A DNA stretch of 63,975 bases, filler included, from Reclinomonas americana ATCC 50394 (Eukaryota): the NCBI GenBank assembly GCA_048213135.1. It is 6 parts of 4 records of this genome, joined end to end, with 100 filler letters (N's around TTAATTAATTAA, not from the genome) between each part and the next. Parts side by side here need not be neighbours in the genome. Positions count along the whole stretch, not along the records: positions 1 to 26,119 come from PS015097.1; 5 more parts are not named here. One strand, written 5' to 3'. Below, piece by piece: positions 12,903 through 25,159 of the stretch (positions are counted from its first letter, which is position 1; every line of letters starts with the position of its first letter). The notes under the pieces are model-generated. The model was not told where the DNA came from. It ran no database searches and saw nothing but the letters and a program-made list of their open reading frames with translations. Made by a program: the position numbers and the translations under genes.

Positions 12903-15056
12903 TGGAACAGAAGAAGAATAAAGGACTCTAATGTCCTCTCTTTGTAGGTTCGCTTCTGTTGACTTTCTCTCTTCGGACACCTGGTCGGTACTCTACAGTG
13001 ATGGTAGTCACGAAGAGTCTATCCTCACGCGCGCGCGTGTGTGTTATGTGTGTTTGTGATTTGCTCGCTCGGGATTGTCACCGTTTCCCGCCTTTCTTCT
13101 CCCGCCTTGCACTGAGACGTCGTCCATCCCTCGCCAGGCTGCAACCAGCACCCCACACAGCATGCGGTAGTGTGGCTTTGTTGATGCTTGTGGGCTTTTG
13201 AAGACCGACATGGGACTTGTCGATGGGAAATCGGCAGAACGGACATGGAGGGTGGTGGTGGCTCGAGGTGGCGCTCCGCTGCATCGCGCTGCTGTCTGAC
13301 GACATTCTTGTTTATACTGACCTGCATTATCTCTCAACGAGGATTGGAATGTCGGGCTGCTTGGATATGCAGCTGTGGTCCAGCTGTGCTGATGCCACGG
13401 CACACCCGATCGCGAGAATCCAATGAGCAGCGAGTCAGCGACACCTCACACCTCCTTGGATCGATCCACAGCGAGGTTGATGAGGCGCACACGAGGACGG
13501 TACGATGTAGAAAAAGAGCCACACGGAACAAGAGAGGAACGGCCAGCACAGCAGCACAACGATGGAATAGACAGTCGTGTCGTGAGGCTCGCCTCCTCTC
13601 ACCCAACTCACAATCAATGCCTCGTGCCTTCAATCACACTCACATTCGGTCGGTTGAATCGTCTCATGTATGTACTGTGAGGCACAGAACCACGTGTCTT
13701 CGCATGCCAGTCACTTGCCAGCACGCCTATGTTCAGATCACACACACAGAACTGAGTCAGTCAATCTCCATGTCTCACCAACTTGCTCCTCAACGCAGAT
13801 GCAGAACACGCCCGCACCATGCGTTGCTGGCCGATCACGCGTCTGCAGTCTTCCGTGGCCACCACCATCATCACTCGGCAGAGACGGCGGCAACCAAGGC
13901 GCACACCATCGATCCGCTCCGACTTGCCAGCCGAGGATTGAAAACGATCCACCGACCAGGCCACCGGCGCACATCACGACACGCCACGCTTTCCGTGGAA
14001 TGCACGGCCTGCATAATTGAGGTGAGTGGTAGGGAAGGAGGAAAAGAGAGATCACGACGAACAGGGTCACACAACTGCTGAGTGCATGGTGGGATTCGAG
14101 TGGGGAGCCGAGTGAGTGAGGTGACGGTCGACAACGGGCAATGCACAGCACGCCTGTCATCGCCACGACATGCTTTCCATGGTCTCTGCATGCCGGTGTG
14201 CTGTGGGCAAAGAATGGAGGACGGGGAGAGAAATCTGCTCTGTCTCACTGACAAACACACCGATCAGCACCTGATACAAACACGCGTTTGTCAAGAGGCA
14301 AGCCAAGAGATGCTCACACAACCATCCTGCAAGGGAGAGAAGGAGCAGAGTCAGTATGCAGGTATGCCACCTCACACACTTCGGCATCGGGAAGCTCACC
14401 GTGATGGACTGGCAGGACGGCAATCGGAACACGGTGAGCGGACCAGCATGCTCGGCCTCGAGCGTGTGCGGCAAGGAGGGGCAGATTACTGGGGAATCAT
14501 ATAAGCGCACAACGGAGGGAGACGGCGGAGAAAGAGAGAGACTCTGCAAGGGAGAAAAAAGGGGAGAGCGGAATGACATGCATTCTTCGCAGTCGGAAGG
14601 AGAATGTCCGCAGCGCACGTGCACAATGGGAAGCAGATCTAGAGCAGTGATGCCAAAGTGGTGCACAAAAGAAGACGCGAGGAAATAGACAACGGCGATT
14701 CGCTCTCCTGCGGCACACACATGGCGACGAAAGATGCACGCACAATAAACATCACAACGAGACAGAAAGACAAAACAGACACCCAAGTGCTTCATCGCGC
14801 TTGCATACACTAGCTGAGGTGAGAAGGAGACACGCATACAGAGGGAGACACGCTTCACTACCTCTCTCTCACTCACATGATAGGGCAACAAGCACGGGAG
14901 AACAATTCATCACCATCAACAACGACCTCTCTCTCTTCCTCCTGTCATCCTCTCTTCCCCCACCTGCATCCCGCATGATCACCCACTCTCCCTCGCAGGT
15001 CACGAACAACAACTCACAATAACCAGCAGCCACCTTCCCTCTCTCAACTCACCTTC

Positions 15057-16229
15057 TCAGCATCGGAAAAGGACGACCTCGGCATCTTCGACGATGAAAC
15101 AGCGCAGAACCAGCTCGGGAAGACATCGTGAATCTTCTTCCTCCTGCATCTCCTGCACAGCCAGCATGGCCAAGCGCGCGGCGTCGAGCTCGAGACGAGC
15201 AAGGCCACGCGGTGTGGACCACACTCGCACGCTATTGTCTTGACCACCCGCACTCACAATGTGCTGACCATTGGGAGAGACGGCCACCGACGACACCCAT
15301 CCTGTGTGACCATCCAACCGCCGCACTTCCTCGCCACTTGCCAGAGACCATACCCGAACGGTGCTGTCTCCGCACCCGCTCACGATATGTTGGCCGTCGG
15401 GAGTGACGGTGACACAATACACCCATGAAGTGTGTCCCTCGAAACGTCGCACTTGGTCTCCACTCATCAGCGACCATACTCGCAGGGTGCGGTCTCCACC
15501 CCCGCTCACGATGTGCTGACCATCAGGGCTGACGGTGACACAATACACCCATCCAGTGTGTCCCCGCAGCCGTCGCACTTCCTCCCCGCTCGCCAGCAAC
15601 CACACTCGCACGGTGCTGTCTCCGCTCCCGCTAACAATGTGGTGACTATCAGGGGTGACAGCGACTGACCACACCTTATCGGCGTGTCCTTCCAGCCGTC
15701 GCACCTCCTCCCCGCTCGCCAGAGACCACACTCTCACTGTGTTATCGTAGCTGCCGCTGACAATGTGCTGGCCATCGAAGGCGACGGCGACAGACCACAC
15801 CTTATCATCGTGTCCCTCTAACCGTCGCTCTTCATCGCCACTCACCAGCGACCACACACGCACAGTACAGTCTCCACACCCACTCACTATCTGCTGGCCA
15901 TTGGGGGTGACGGCGACAGACCACACCGGACCAGTGTCTCTCTCCAGTCGTCGCTCTTCTTCTCCGCTCGCCAAAGACCACACGCGAATCGTCTTGTCCA
16001 TGCATCCACCAACAATGTGCTGGCAATCGGGAGTGACGGCGACGGACCTCACTGAGGAAGGGAGACTCTGAATGATCTGCGTCGATCATTCGCGGTGAGG
16101 CGCACACGCACAGCAACGTTGGAAGACACAAACACACTAACAACAACCACACACATGCACGAGCACACGAATGCACGCACAGACACCAACCACGCGAAAG
16201 TGCGCACACATTCACACCTTCGTTGCCAT
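15057..16229 (-). CDS. 7-blade WD40 protein, A-type (exons 16218-16229, 15057-16076; 343 aa)
   Basis: Same structure, 7 repeats, open frame. Confidence 0.92.
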
Positions 16230-18271
16230 TCTCCGTGGTGTGTTATGTGTGTGATTTGCTCGCTCGGGATTGTCATCGTTTCCCGCCTTTCTTCTCCCGC
16301 CTTGGTCTGAGACGTCCCGCATCCCTCGCCACGCTGCAACCAGTACGCCACACAGCATGCGGCAGTGTGAGCGACGTGGCTTCTTTGATGCGTGTGAGCT
16401 TTCGAAGACCGACATGGGACTCGTCTATGCGAAATTAAAATCGACAGAATGGACATGCAAGGTTACGTGGTGGTGGTGTGACGAGGTGAAGCTCCACTGC
16501 ACCGTGCTGCTGACCAGCGACACTCTCTTTTGACTGACCTGCATTATCTCTCAACGAGGACTGGCATGTCGTGCTGCTTGGATACGCAGTTGTGGCCCAG
16601 TTGTGAGAATCCATCGAGCAACCGAGTCAGCGACACCTCACACCTCGTAGGATCGGCCCACAGCAAGGTTGACGAGGTGCACGCCATGATGATACAATAA
16701 AGAAAGAGAACCACAAGGAACAAGAGAGCAGCGACCAGCATAGCAGCTCAGCGATGGAAGAGGCAGCTGTGTCGTGAGACTCGCCTCCCATCACCCAAAT
16801 CACAATCAATGCCTCGTCCCTTCAATCACACTCACAGTCAGTCGGTGAATCGTCTCATGCATGTACTGTGAGGCACGAAACCACGTGTCTTCGCATGCCA
16901 GTCACTTGCCAGCACGCCTGTGTTCAGATCACACACAGGCGGAGTCAGTCTGTCTCCCAACATGTTCCTCGAGCTCAACGCAGATGCAGAACACGCACGC
17001 ACTGTGTTGCAGGCCGAGTACGCGTCTAAAGTCACCCATGGCCATCACCATCATTACTTGGCGGCGACAGCAGCAACCAGCGTGCGCACATCATCGATCC
17101 GCTTCGACTTGCCAGCCGGGATTGAAAACGATCCACCGACCAGGCCATCCATCGCACATCACGGCACGCATGTGTACACCCACCCAGCCATGCACTCCTT
17201 GACGAGCACGGCCTGCATAATTGAGGTGAGTGGGAGAAAAAGAGGAAAGAAAGATCACGCCGAACAAGGCCACACACCTGCATCGTGCATCGGTGGCATT
17301 CAGGTGTGGAGCCGACTGAGTGAGGTGACAGCCGGCAGCGGGCGATGCACAGCACGCCTGCAATCATTACGGAACAACAACGAGGAGCACGTGCTTCCAA
17401 GGTGTCTGCATATCGGTGCGCTGTGAGCAAAAGGAATGGTAGGAAGGAGAGAGAAATCTGCTCGGTCTCACAGATGAACACACCGATCAGCATCTGGTAT
17501 CAACACGCGTTTGGGCAAGAGGCAAGGCGAGGGATGCTTCTACACATACATCCATCCTACGAGAGAGAGAGAGAGCAGAGTCAGCATGCTGGTGTGTCAC
17601 CGCACACACTTCGGTGTCGAAATGCACACCATGATGGACTGGCAGGATGGCAGTCGGAACACGGTGAGCGGACCAGCAGCTCGACCTCGAGCGTGTGCGG
17701 GAAGGAAGGGCGGATTACTGGGGAATCAGATGAGCGCACAAAGGCAGGGAGATCGCGGAGAAAGAGATGAACTCTGCAGGAGGCAGGAAAAAGAGAGCGG
17801 AATGACAGGCATTTTTCAGAACCGGAAGGAGAATGTCCGCGGCGCACAGGCACCATGGGAAGCAGAGCAGTGATGCCAAGGAGATGTGCAAAGTAAGACG
17901 CGAGGAAACAAAAATCGGTGACTCGCTCTCATGAGGCACACACATGCACGATGAAACATGCACGCACAACAGACATCACAACGAGGGGAAATGAATCACA
18001 GACTCCCAAGCGATTCTTCGAGTTTGCACACAAAATGGAGGTAAGAAAAAGGCAAGCATGCAGAGGAGACGTGCTTCACTACCTCTCTCTCACTCACATC
18101 ATAGGGCAACAAGCACAGAGAACAATTCTGCATTATCCACGTCGACTTCTCTCCTCTCGTCTGTCGTCCTCTCTTCCCCACCCGCACCCACATGATCACC
18201 CACTCTCCCTCGCAAGACGCGAAAACAACTCACGATCGCCAGCAGCCACCTTCCCTCCCTTCGACTCACAC

Positions 18272-19451
18272 TCAGCACCTGAAAAGAACAACCTCGGCAT
18301 CCTCGACGATGAAACAGCGCAGAACCAGCTCGGGAAGACATCGTGAATCTACTTCTTCCTCCTGCATCTCCTGCACCGCTCGCAGGGCCGAGCGAGCGGC
18401 GTCGAGTTCAAGGCGAGCAAGGCCACGCGGTGTAGACCACACTCTCACGGTCTTATCAAGGCCACCGGCACTCACAATGTGGAGACCATTGGGAGAGACG
18501 GCCACAGACGACACCCATCCAGTGTGTCTCTCCAACTGTCGCACTTCCTCGCCACTTGCCAGAGACCATACCCGAATGGTGCAGTCCCCACTTCCACTCG
18601 CAATATGCTGACCGTCGGGAGAGACGGCGATCGATTGTACAAATGCAGTGTGTCCCCCCAACCGTCTCACCTCCTCCCCACCTGCCAGTGACCACACTCG
18701 CACTGTGTTGTCCCTACTGCCACTCACGATGTGCTGACCATCGGGGGTGACGGCGACAGAGTATACCCAGCCAGTGTGTCCTTCCAACCGCCACACCTCT
18801 TCCCCGCTCGCCAGCAACCACACTCGCACGGTGCAGTCCCCGCTCCCGCTCACGATGTGCTGACTATCAGGGGTGACGGCGACTGACCACACATGTCCAG
18901 TGTGTCCTTCCAGCCGTCGCACCTTCTCCCCACTCACCAGAGACCACACTCGTACTGTGCAGTCCCAGCTCGCGCTAACAATGTACTGACCATCGGGGGT
19001 CACGACGACACAATACACCCATCCAGTGTGTCCCACCAGCCGTCGCACCTCCATCCCACTCTCCAGCAACCACACACGTAGGGTGTTGTCTCCACCTCCA
19101 CTCACGATGTGCTGATTATCAGGGGTGACGGCGACACAATACACCCATCCAGTGTGTCCCACCAGCCGTCGCACCTCCTTGCCACTCGCCAGTGACCACA
19201 TTCGAACGGCGCTGTCCAAGCATCCACCAACAATGTGCTTGCCGTCGGGAGTGATGGTGACGGATCCCACTACTGCGAGACTCTGAATGATCTGCCGATC
19301 ACTCGCGGTGAGACGCACACACAGCAGCGACATTCGAAGACACGCACAACAACACAAACAACAACCGCACACACGCAGAAGCACACGCCGCGAATGCACG
19401 CATAGACACCAACTACGCAAAGTGCGCATAAATTCACACCTTTGTTGTCAT
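18272..19451 (-). CDS. 7-blade WD40 protein, A-type (exons 19440-19451, 18272-19291; 343 aa)
   Basis: MTTK micro-exon, 7 repeats, conserved tail. Confidence 0.92.
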
Positions 19452-19474
19452 TCTCCGTGTGGTGTGCGTGAGAC

Positions 19475-19506
<32 letters not shown>

Positions 19507-20408
19507 TGCGTGTGTGTGTATGTATGTATGTGCGTGTGTGTGTATGTATGTATGTGCGTGTGTGTGTGTGTTTGTGTGAATAGAAGCACCAACTCTGATT
19601 CATCGGACGGAGCATCAACATCCTCCTTTCTCTCTCGCGCGCGTGCGTCTCGCGGCGCTGTTTGTGTCTCAGTGCCCCCTGTCTCTCTGCGTCCTCGTCG
19701 CGGTGCTCCATTCTCAACCTGCGATGTAAGCGAGATGTTGCGGCGTTGAATGTGCATGTGTGCATGCCGAGCCAGTTCAAACTCGACACGCCATGAGCAT
19801 CAACTCCCTCCGAGCCATGCGTGTGAGTCGGGTGGAGAGGCAACACCACACGATTCAGAAAGAGAGCGAAGAGGCAGCGCAGTTCGTGAGTGGGTGCGTC
19901 ACACCAGCTGTCGGGGCACACGCACGCGCGGGAAACGAGTGTGCTGCATGGCAAGTGCACTCCCTCCCCGTGGCGTGTGTAACGAGAAGGGTGGCCGTCT
20001 GAATCGATGCCTGGCGCGCTCTCCGTGTTCACGCACGCGGTGCCAGTGTGAGAGGGGAGAGGCGGAATGATGCCACTGGCCACTGCTTCAAAAAGCGACA
20101 GGCTGGCATCCCCGCCGCGTTCGAATGACAGGGCGACATGAGGGGTGGGTGGGTGGGAGAGCGAGGACTCGCCCAACGCCGAGCAGAACGCGTGTCTGTT
20201 CATTCCATGGTCTCATCTCAATCGCCCACACACATCCATCGTTCTCGGCATGCTCTTCTTGCAATCCCACTGCACTGCGCTGTGACGTATCTGCTTTCCG
20301 GCTCCCTCCACTTGGCAAGGCAGTGGAGAAGCACGTGTGAGGCGGTGTGGCGGTCAACAGGAGAGAGTCGCGCAGTGACAGCCATCAGTCATCGTACAAT
20401 CATTGAGC

Positions 20409-20700
20409 TCACTCCGTCCAGCACCATTCAGGCGCACGGCGTTCAATAACCGCTGCATCCTCCAGCACGAAGCACCGCAGCACAACGTCGACCAGGATCC
20501 AGTCACGATCATCTTCGTCGACAAGCACCTCGTTGACGGCCAGCACGGCGGATTGTGCGGCCGCAAGCTCATGCCGCGCGCGCCAGCCCACGCGGCGTGG
20601 ACCACACACGGATCGTTTTATCCGCACTCCACGATGTGCTGGCCATCGGGAGTAACGACGACAGAGTATACCCATCCAGTGTGTCCCCCCCAACCGTCCA
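20409..20700 (-). pseudogene. Truncated, frameshifted B-type WD40 copy (last repeat plus tail only)
   Basis: GHTGWVYSVVVTPDGQHIV, ADKTIRVWSTPRGLAR and ELAAAQSAVLAVNE...RCFVLEDAAVIERRAPEWCWTE lie in different frames. No upstream repeats or MATK exon are present. Confidence 0.85.
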
Positions 20701-21099
20701 ACGCTGTGCGCAAGAGGAACAAAGGAAAGAAAGAAGAAACAATCTGATGAGGGAGTGCACGTGGGTTGTGAAGCAAGAGGACAGACATCGGCGAACGGGA
20801 TGGAATAAGGAGAATGAGAGAGGAGTAGCGTGCTGCAATTACGTGGGTGCAAAAAGAAGAAGAGAGAGAGAGAGAGAGGGTAGGCACAAATCGGAATGGG
20901 GAGAAAGAGGATAGCAAGCGAGGAACGCGGCACAGTGACGAGCAAGCATCCCTTAATCGACACGAAGCAGAACAATGCGAGACGAGAAGAAAGAGAGAGT
21001 GGGCGCACAGAGGCATGAACAATGCAAGTGCATGACATGAAGGAAGGAGAAAAGGGCGGATCTTGAGAAGCGGACGATGGAGAGGAGGGAGGCATTGAA

Positions 21100-21480
21100 A
21101 GGGAGGCCACTGAAGAGCGATCAGCTGACACAGGAGAGAACGAAACGAGGTGAGGAGAAGGAGAGTGGGTGGAGGCGTGAAGGATGCAAGTGAAAAGAGA
21201 TCAGGAAGGAGAAAGGGACCGAAAAGGGAAGTCCTTGAAGAGCGAAACGAGGTGAAGGACAAGGAGAGTGAGAGTGGACAGAGTCGTGAGGAATGCAAGT
21301 GAAAAGAGATCAACGAAAAACAACAAGGGCGGCTTACGGGAAGGGGACAATGGAGAGGAGAGAGGCCAAGAAAGGAAGGCAATAGAAGACACAAGAACGA
21401 GCGAAACGAGGCGAGACGAGGCGAGGAGAAAGTGAGTGGGAGGAGTCGTGAAGGGTGCAAGTGAACATGACCAAGGCGAG
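21100..21480. repeat. Degenerate purine-rich tandem repeat, about 3 copies
   Basis: cgaaacgagg(t/c)ga...gagtg...cgtga..gatgcaagtgaa recurs near 21140, 21243 and 21402. Confidence 0.6.
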
Positions 21481-22429
21481 GGATGGTGGAGGCCAGGAAG
21501 AACGAGAAACAAAAGAAACGTGAATCGCTCACCTGCTCAGAATGTGAGACACAAGAACACAGTCGGCGTAGCGTGTACTCGCACCGCGTCACGGGTGCCA
21601 CAATAAGGCGGGCAAGGAGAGATCTGAATGTGATGCTGGAGCGCGCCATTGCGAGGCACATGCACACATCTCGTCGCCACGGCGCTCCGTCTCGCACAAC
21701 ACAAAGGACAGATGGTGCGATGGCAGGCCTCACTCCCCTGCGACATGAGAGCGCATGTGTGAGCAAAGAAAAAAAGCAGAGCAGCCGGCACTCGTGTGGC
21801 ACCACCACAAGCACACACCGATCGACAGAAAATGTGTGTGGGCATATTCGAGCAGTCGAGGGACACCGCGGCAAGTGACAGGATGCCGCCCAGCTGCACC
21901 TGCTGCAGTGGAGCATGTGGACCAGACGAGTCGAAATGCGTCCCGCATCTGTCGCAGAAGTGGCATCATGCGTGTCAGTTCATGACCATGCTGGTCGCCC
22001 TCCCTTCAACCTCAAATCGCAAACGATCCTCTTCTCTCTCTCTCTCTCTCCACTCCTCTCACCGCTCCCGTCAACTCACCCCGCACGTGTGTATCGTCGA
22101 ACGCCACCAGCATCACCAGTTGCTGTGGAGGAGTGCGTGACGGTCGATCAACGCAGAGCCACCAACAGGAAGAACAAGATGCGCCACATTGCGAATCCGG
22201 CGGTGGCCGACGACTGGCTCACGCGCGCTCCCATCGATATTACGCCGACTGACAAGCGACGGTCGAATGGCACCGCTCTCACACAGAATCATCGCCTGCA
22301 GGCGGAGAGCGCGATAAAGTGAGTGTGGGCGCAGAATTGGGCGAAGAAGGAGGGCGTAGAGAGTGAATCGGTGAATCTGAAGCGAGAGGGAGAGGTGGGT
22401 GGAGGAGAAAGAAGAAGGCAACGGTGGCA

Positions 22430-23640
22430 TGGCGGACAAGGGGGAGAGGGGGGAGAGGGGTGCAGAGACAGGCAGAGTACAGGCAAGAGGAGGATGAAGA
22501 CGGAAGGGGAGAGCGAAGCAGAAGAGAAGGAAGAGAAAGGAGAAGAGAAGGGAGAGGCGCGAAGACGGAAGGGAAAGGGAAGACGCGAAGGAAGGGAAAG
22601 GGAAAGAGAAGGAAGAGGCAGAGACAACAATAGAGCAATGATTCAACGAGGGAGAACACGGAAGGGAAAGGGAAGACGCGAAGGAAGAGAAAGGGAAAGA
22701 GAAGAGGCAGAGTACAGGCAAGAGGAGGATGAAGACGGAGGGGGAAAAGAAGACGCGAAGGAAGAGAAGGCAGAAGAGAATGAAGAGGCAGAGACAACAA
22801 CAGAGCAATGGTTCAACGGGGGAGAAAACGGAAGGGGAAAAGAAGATGAGAAGGAAGAGAAAGCAGAAAGCAGAAGAGAATGAAGAGGCAGAGACAACAA
22901 CAGAGCGATGATTCAACGAGGGAGAACACGGAAGGGAGAGGGAAGATGCGAAAGAAGTGAAGAAAGCAGAAGGGGAAAAGAGGCAGAGCCAACAACAGAA
23001 CGGACGGAAGGGAAAGGGGAGACACGAAAGAAGGAAAAGCAGAAGAGAATGAAGAGGCAGAGACAACAGAGCGATGATTCAACGAGGATGAAAATAGATG
23101 GGAAAGAGAAGACGAGAAGAAAGAGAAAGCAGAAAGCAGAAGAGAATGAAGAGGCAGAGACAACAACAGAGCGATGATTCAATGAGGGAGAAGATGGAAG
23201 GGAAAGGGAAGAATAGAAAGTGAAAGAGAAGGAAGAGGAAGAGACAACAGAGCGATGATTCAACGAGGGTGAAGACAGAAGAGAAAGGGAAGACGCGAAG
23301 GAAGGGAAAGCAGAAAGGGAAAAGAGGCAGAGCCAACAGAGCGACTATTCAACGAGGATGAAGACGGAATGGGAAAGGGAAGACGCGAAGAAAGAGAAAA
23401 AAGAGGGGGGCGGAGGGGGAAGAGAGAATGAAGACGGAAGGGGAAAAGAAGACGCGAAAGAAGAGAAGGCAGAAGGGGAAAAGAGGCAGAGCCAACAACA
23501 GAACGATGATTCAACGAGGGTGAAGACAGAAGAGAAAGGGAAGATGCGAAGGAAGAGAAAGCAGAAGAGAAGGAAGAGGCAGAGACAACAACTGAGCGAT
23601 GATTCAACGAGAGTGGAGAGGAAAGAGAGAGAGGCGATTG
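22430..23640. repeat. GA-rich minisatellite, about 10 degenerate copies
   Basis: Core gaggcagagacaacaacagagcgatgattcaacgagg recurs throughout. Confidence 0.85.
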
Positions 23641-23934
23641 CATGAACGCACAGATGCACATCCATCTGTCACTCTGACCAGAGCCAAGGATGAGAAGGGA
23701 AGGGCACAAAAGAGAGAGAGGAGGAAGAAGAGAACGCAGGAGGAGAACGAGTGTGTGGGGATTTGATCAACAGACGCAAAGGGACTCATCCACGACGCAT
23801 ACACACGCTCCCTCACACGAACGAGAGGGCGGAAGCGCACGCGGGCGGGAGAGAGAGAGAGAGAGAGGAGAGGAGAGGAGAGGAGAGGAGAGGAGAGGAG
23901 AGGAGAGGAGAGAGGGAGGGGGAGGAGGAGAGGA

Positions 23935-23971
<37 letters not shown>

Positions 23972-24992
23972 CAAGGAGTGAGAGAGACTCAAGTGGCGGG
24001 AAAACTGAATCGAGGTGCAACACACACACACCTCAGCAGCAGACGCGCATAGGCACACACACATACACAGACACACAGCCATGCTCACTATGAGGAGGTG
24101 GATGAGAGAGAGGGAGAGAGAAATGAGAGAAAGAGACGAAACAATGAATGCCACTTTCACACACTCTCACACACTCTCTCTTTCCAACACACTCACTCAC
24201 CTGCAGCTGGTGTGTGTGCAAGCAGCTGCTCATGCACAATGTCGACAAGCGTGCCACACTCATCCTCCTCCTCATTCTCCGAGTCTCCTCGCAAAACACA
24301 CACACGAGTGACGAGAGAATGTGCGCCAACGACGAAACACGGTCACTCGCTCACTCGCTCGTGCATGCACGATCACACGCAAGCCACACCACTGCTGCTT
24401 TGCTCGTGTATCAGCGCATCACACCACACAACAGAAGAAAGAAGAAGAAAGAGCGGCGGAGAGAGGTGAGTGGGACAAATGTTGTGACGCTGGACAACGT
24501 GTGGGCGTCTCTTCTCCCTCTCCTTGCTGGTATTGATCGCAGAGGCAGTGTGTGCAGGAGAGTGAGATGCAACGATACATTGCGCCACAACCACCACCAC
24601 CACCGCAGCCACCCAGTTCGCGATGATCGTGGTTCCCGAATCAATCGATATCGGCATTCGAATTCACGACACACTGCCGACCAAGGACGGAGGCAAGCCA
24701 TGGAGGAGGAGAAAGAGAGGAAGAGATGGATGGAGCGGCGCTGTGCCAATCTCCTTGCACAGCATGAGCATCGACTGTGGCCGATAGAGAGAGAGAGAGA
24801 GAAAAGCAAGGAAGGCGCCGGCGACTGAGTGGGAAAGTCTGTCATCCCGCTCATTGCAGCGGAGGGGAGAAAGTGGGGGAGGGGAAGGGGAGAGAGCTCA
24901 AGGAGAAAGTCGAGAGGTTGAGAGTGGGAGGAGGAGGAGGATGGCGAGTGAGGAAAACAAACCAGCAAAAACAAGCATGCAAACACACACTT

Positions 24993-25023
<31 letters not shown>

Positions 25024-25159
25024 TGCTATTGCAATCGATGGTGGTTATTGTGAAGGAAGAAAACGACAAGCAGCGTGTCGCAATGCCGCGTGCGGTCTGC
25101 ATGCAATACGCTCCTGTTTGACGAGCCAGGCATGACCGGATCAATGGTGAGAAACGGAG

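Larger units (their letters stand above)
1..20700 (-). repeat. Tandem segmental duplication array (about 3.2-kb A units, about 2.1-kb B units, about 8.6-kb higher-order repeat)
   Basis: Long spacers 1-2039, 4347-6452, 7607-9646, 12903-15056 and 16230-18271 share the same blocks in the same order (e.g. gatccgctccgacttgccagccgggattgaaaacgatccaccgaccagg). Short spacers 10823-11768 and 19452-20408 match each other. Confidence 0.93.

Noticed and set aside
17155-17185. Conserved in-frame TGA in spacer block (TCVP*CAMDG) as selenocysteine
   Set aside because: Further stops and copy-specific frameshifts follow and no SECIS was identified, so a shared inactivating mutation or non-coding frame is simpler.
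1-20700. NLR/HNWD gene or diversity-generating retroelement explanation for the WD40 array
   Set aside because: No NACHT/NB-ARC P-loop, reverse transcriptase or recombinase is visible on this scaffold, and variation is not evidently adenine-restricted.
22113-23709. Long F/S/L-rich and E/K/R-rich ORFs
   Set aside because: By-products of stop-poor GA/CT minisatellites. The same applies to 40588-41705 and other intronic tracts.
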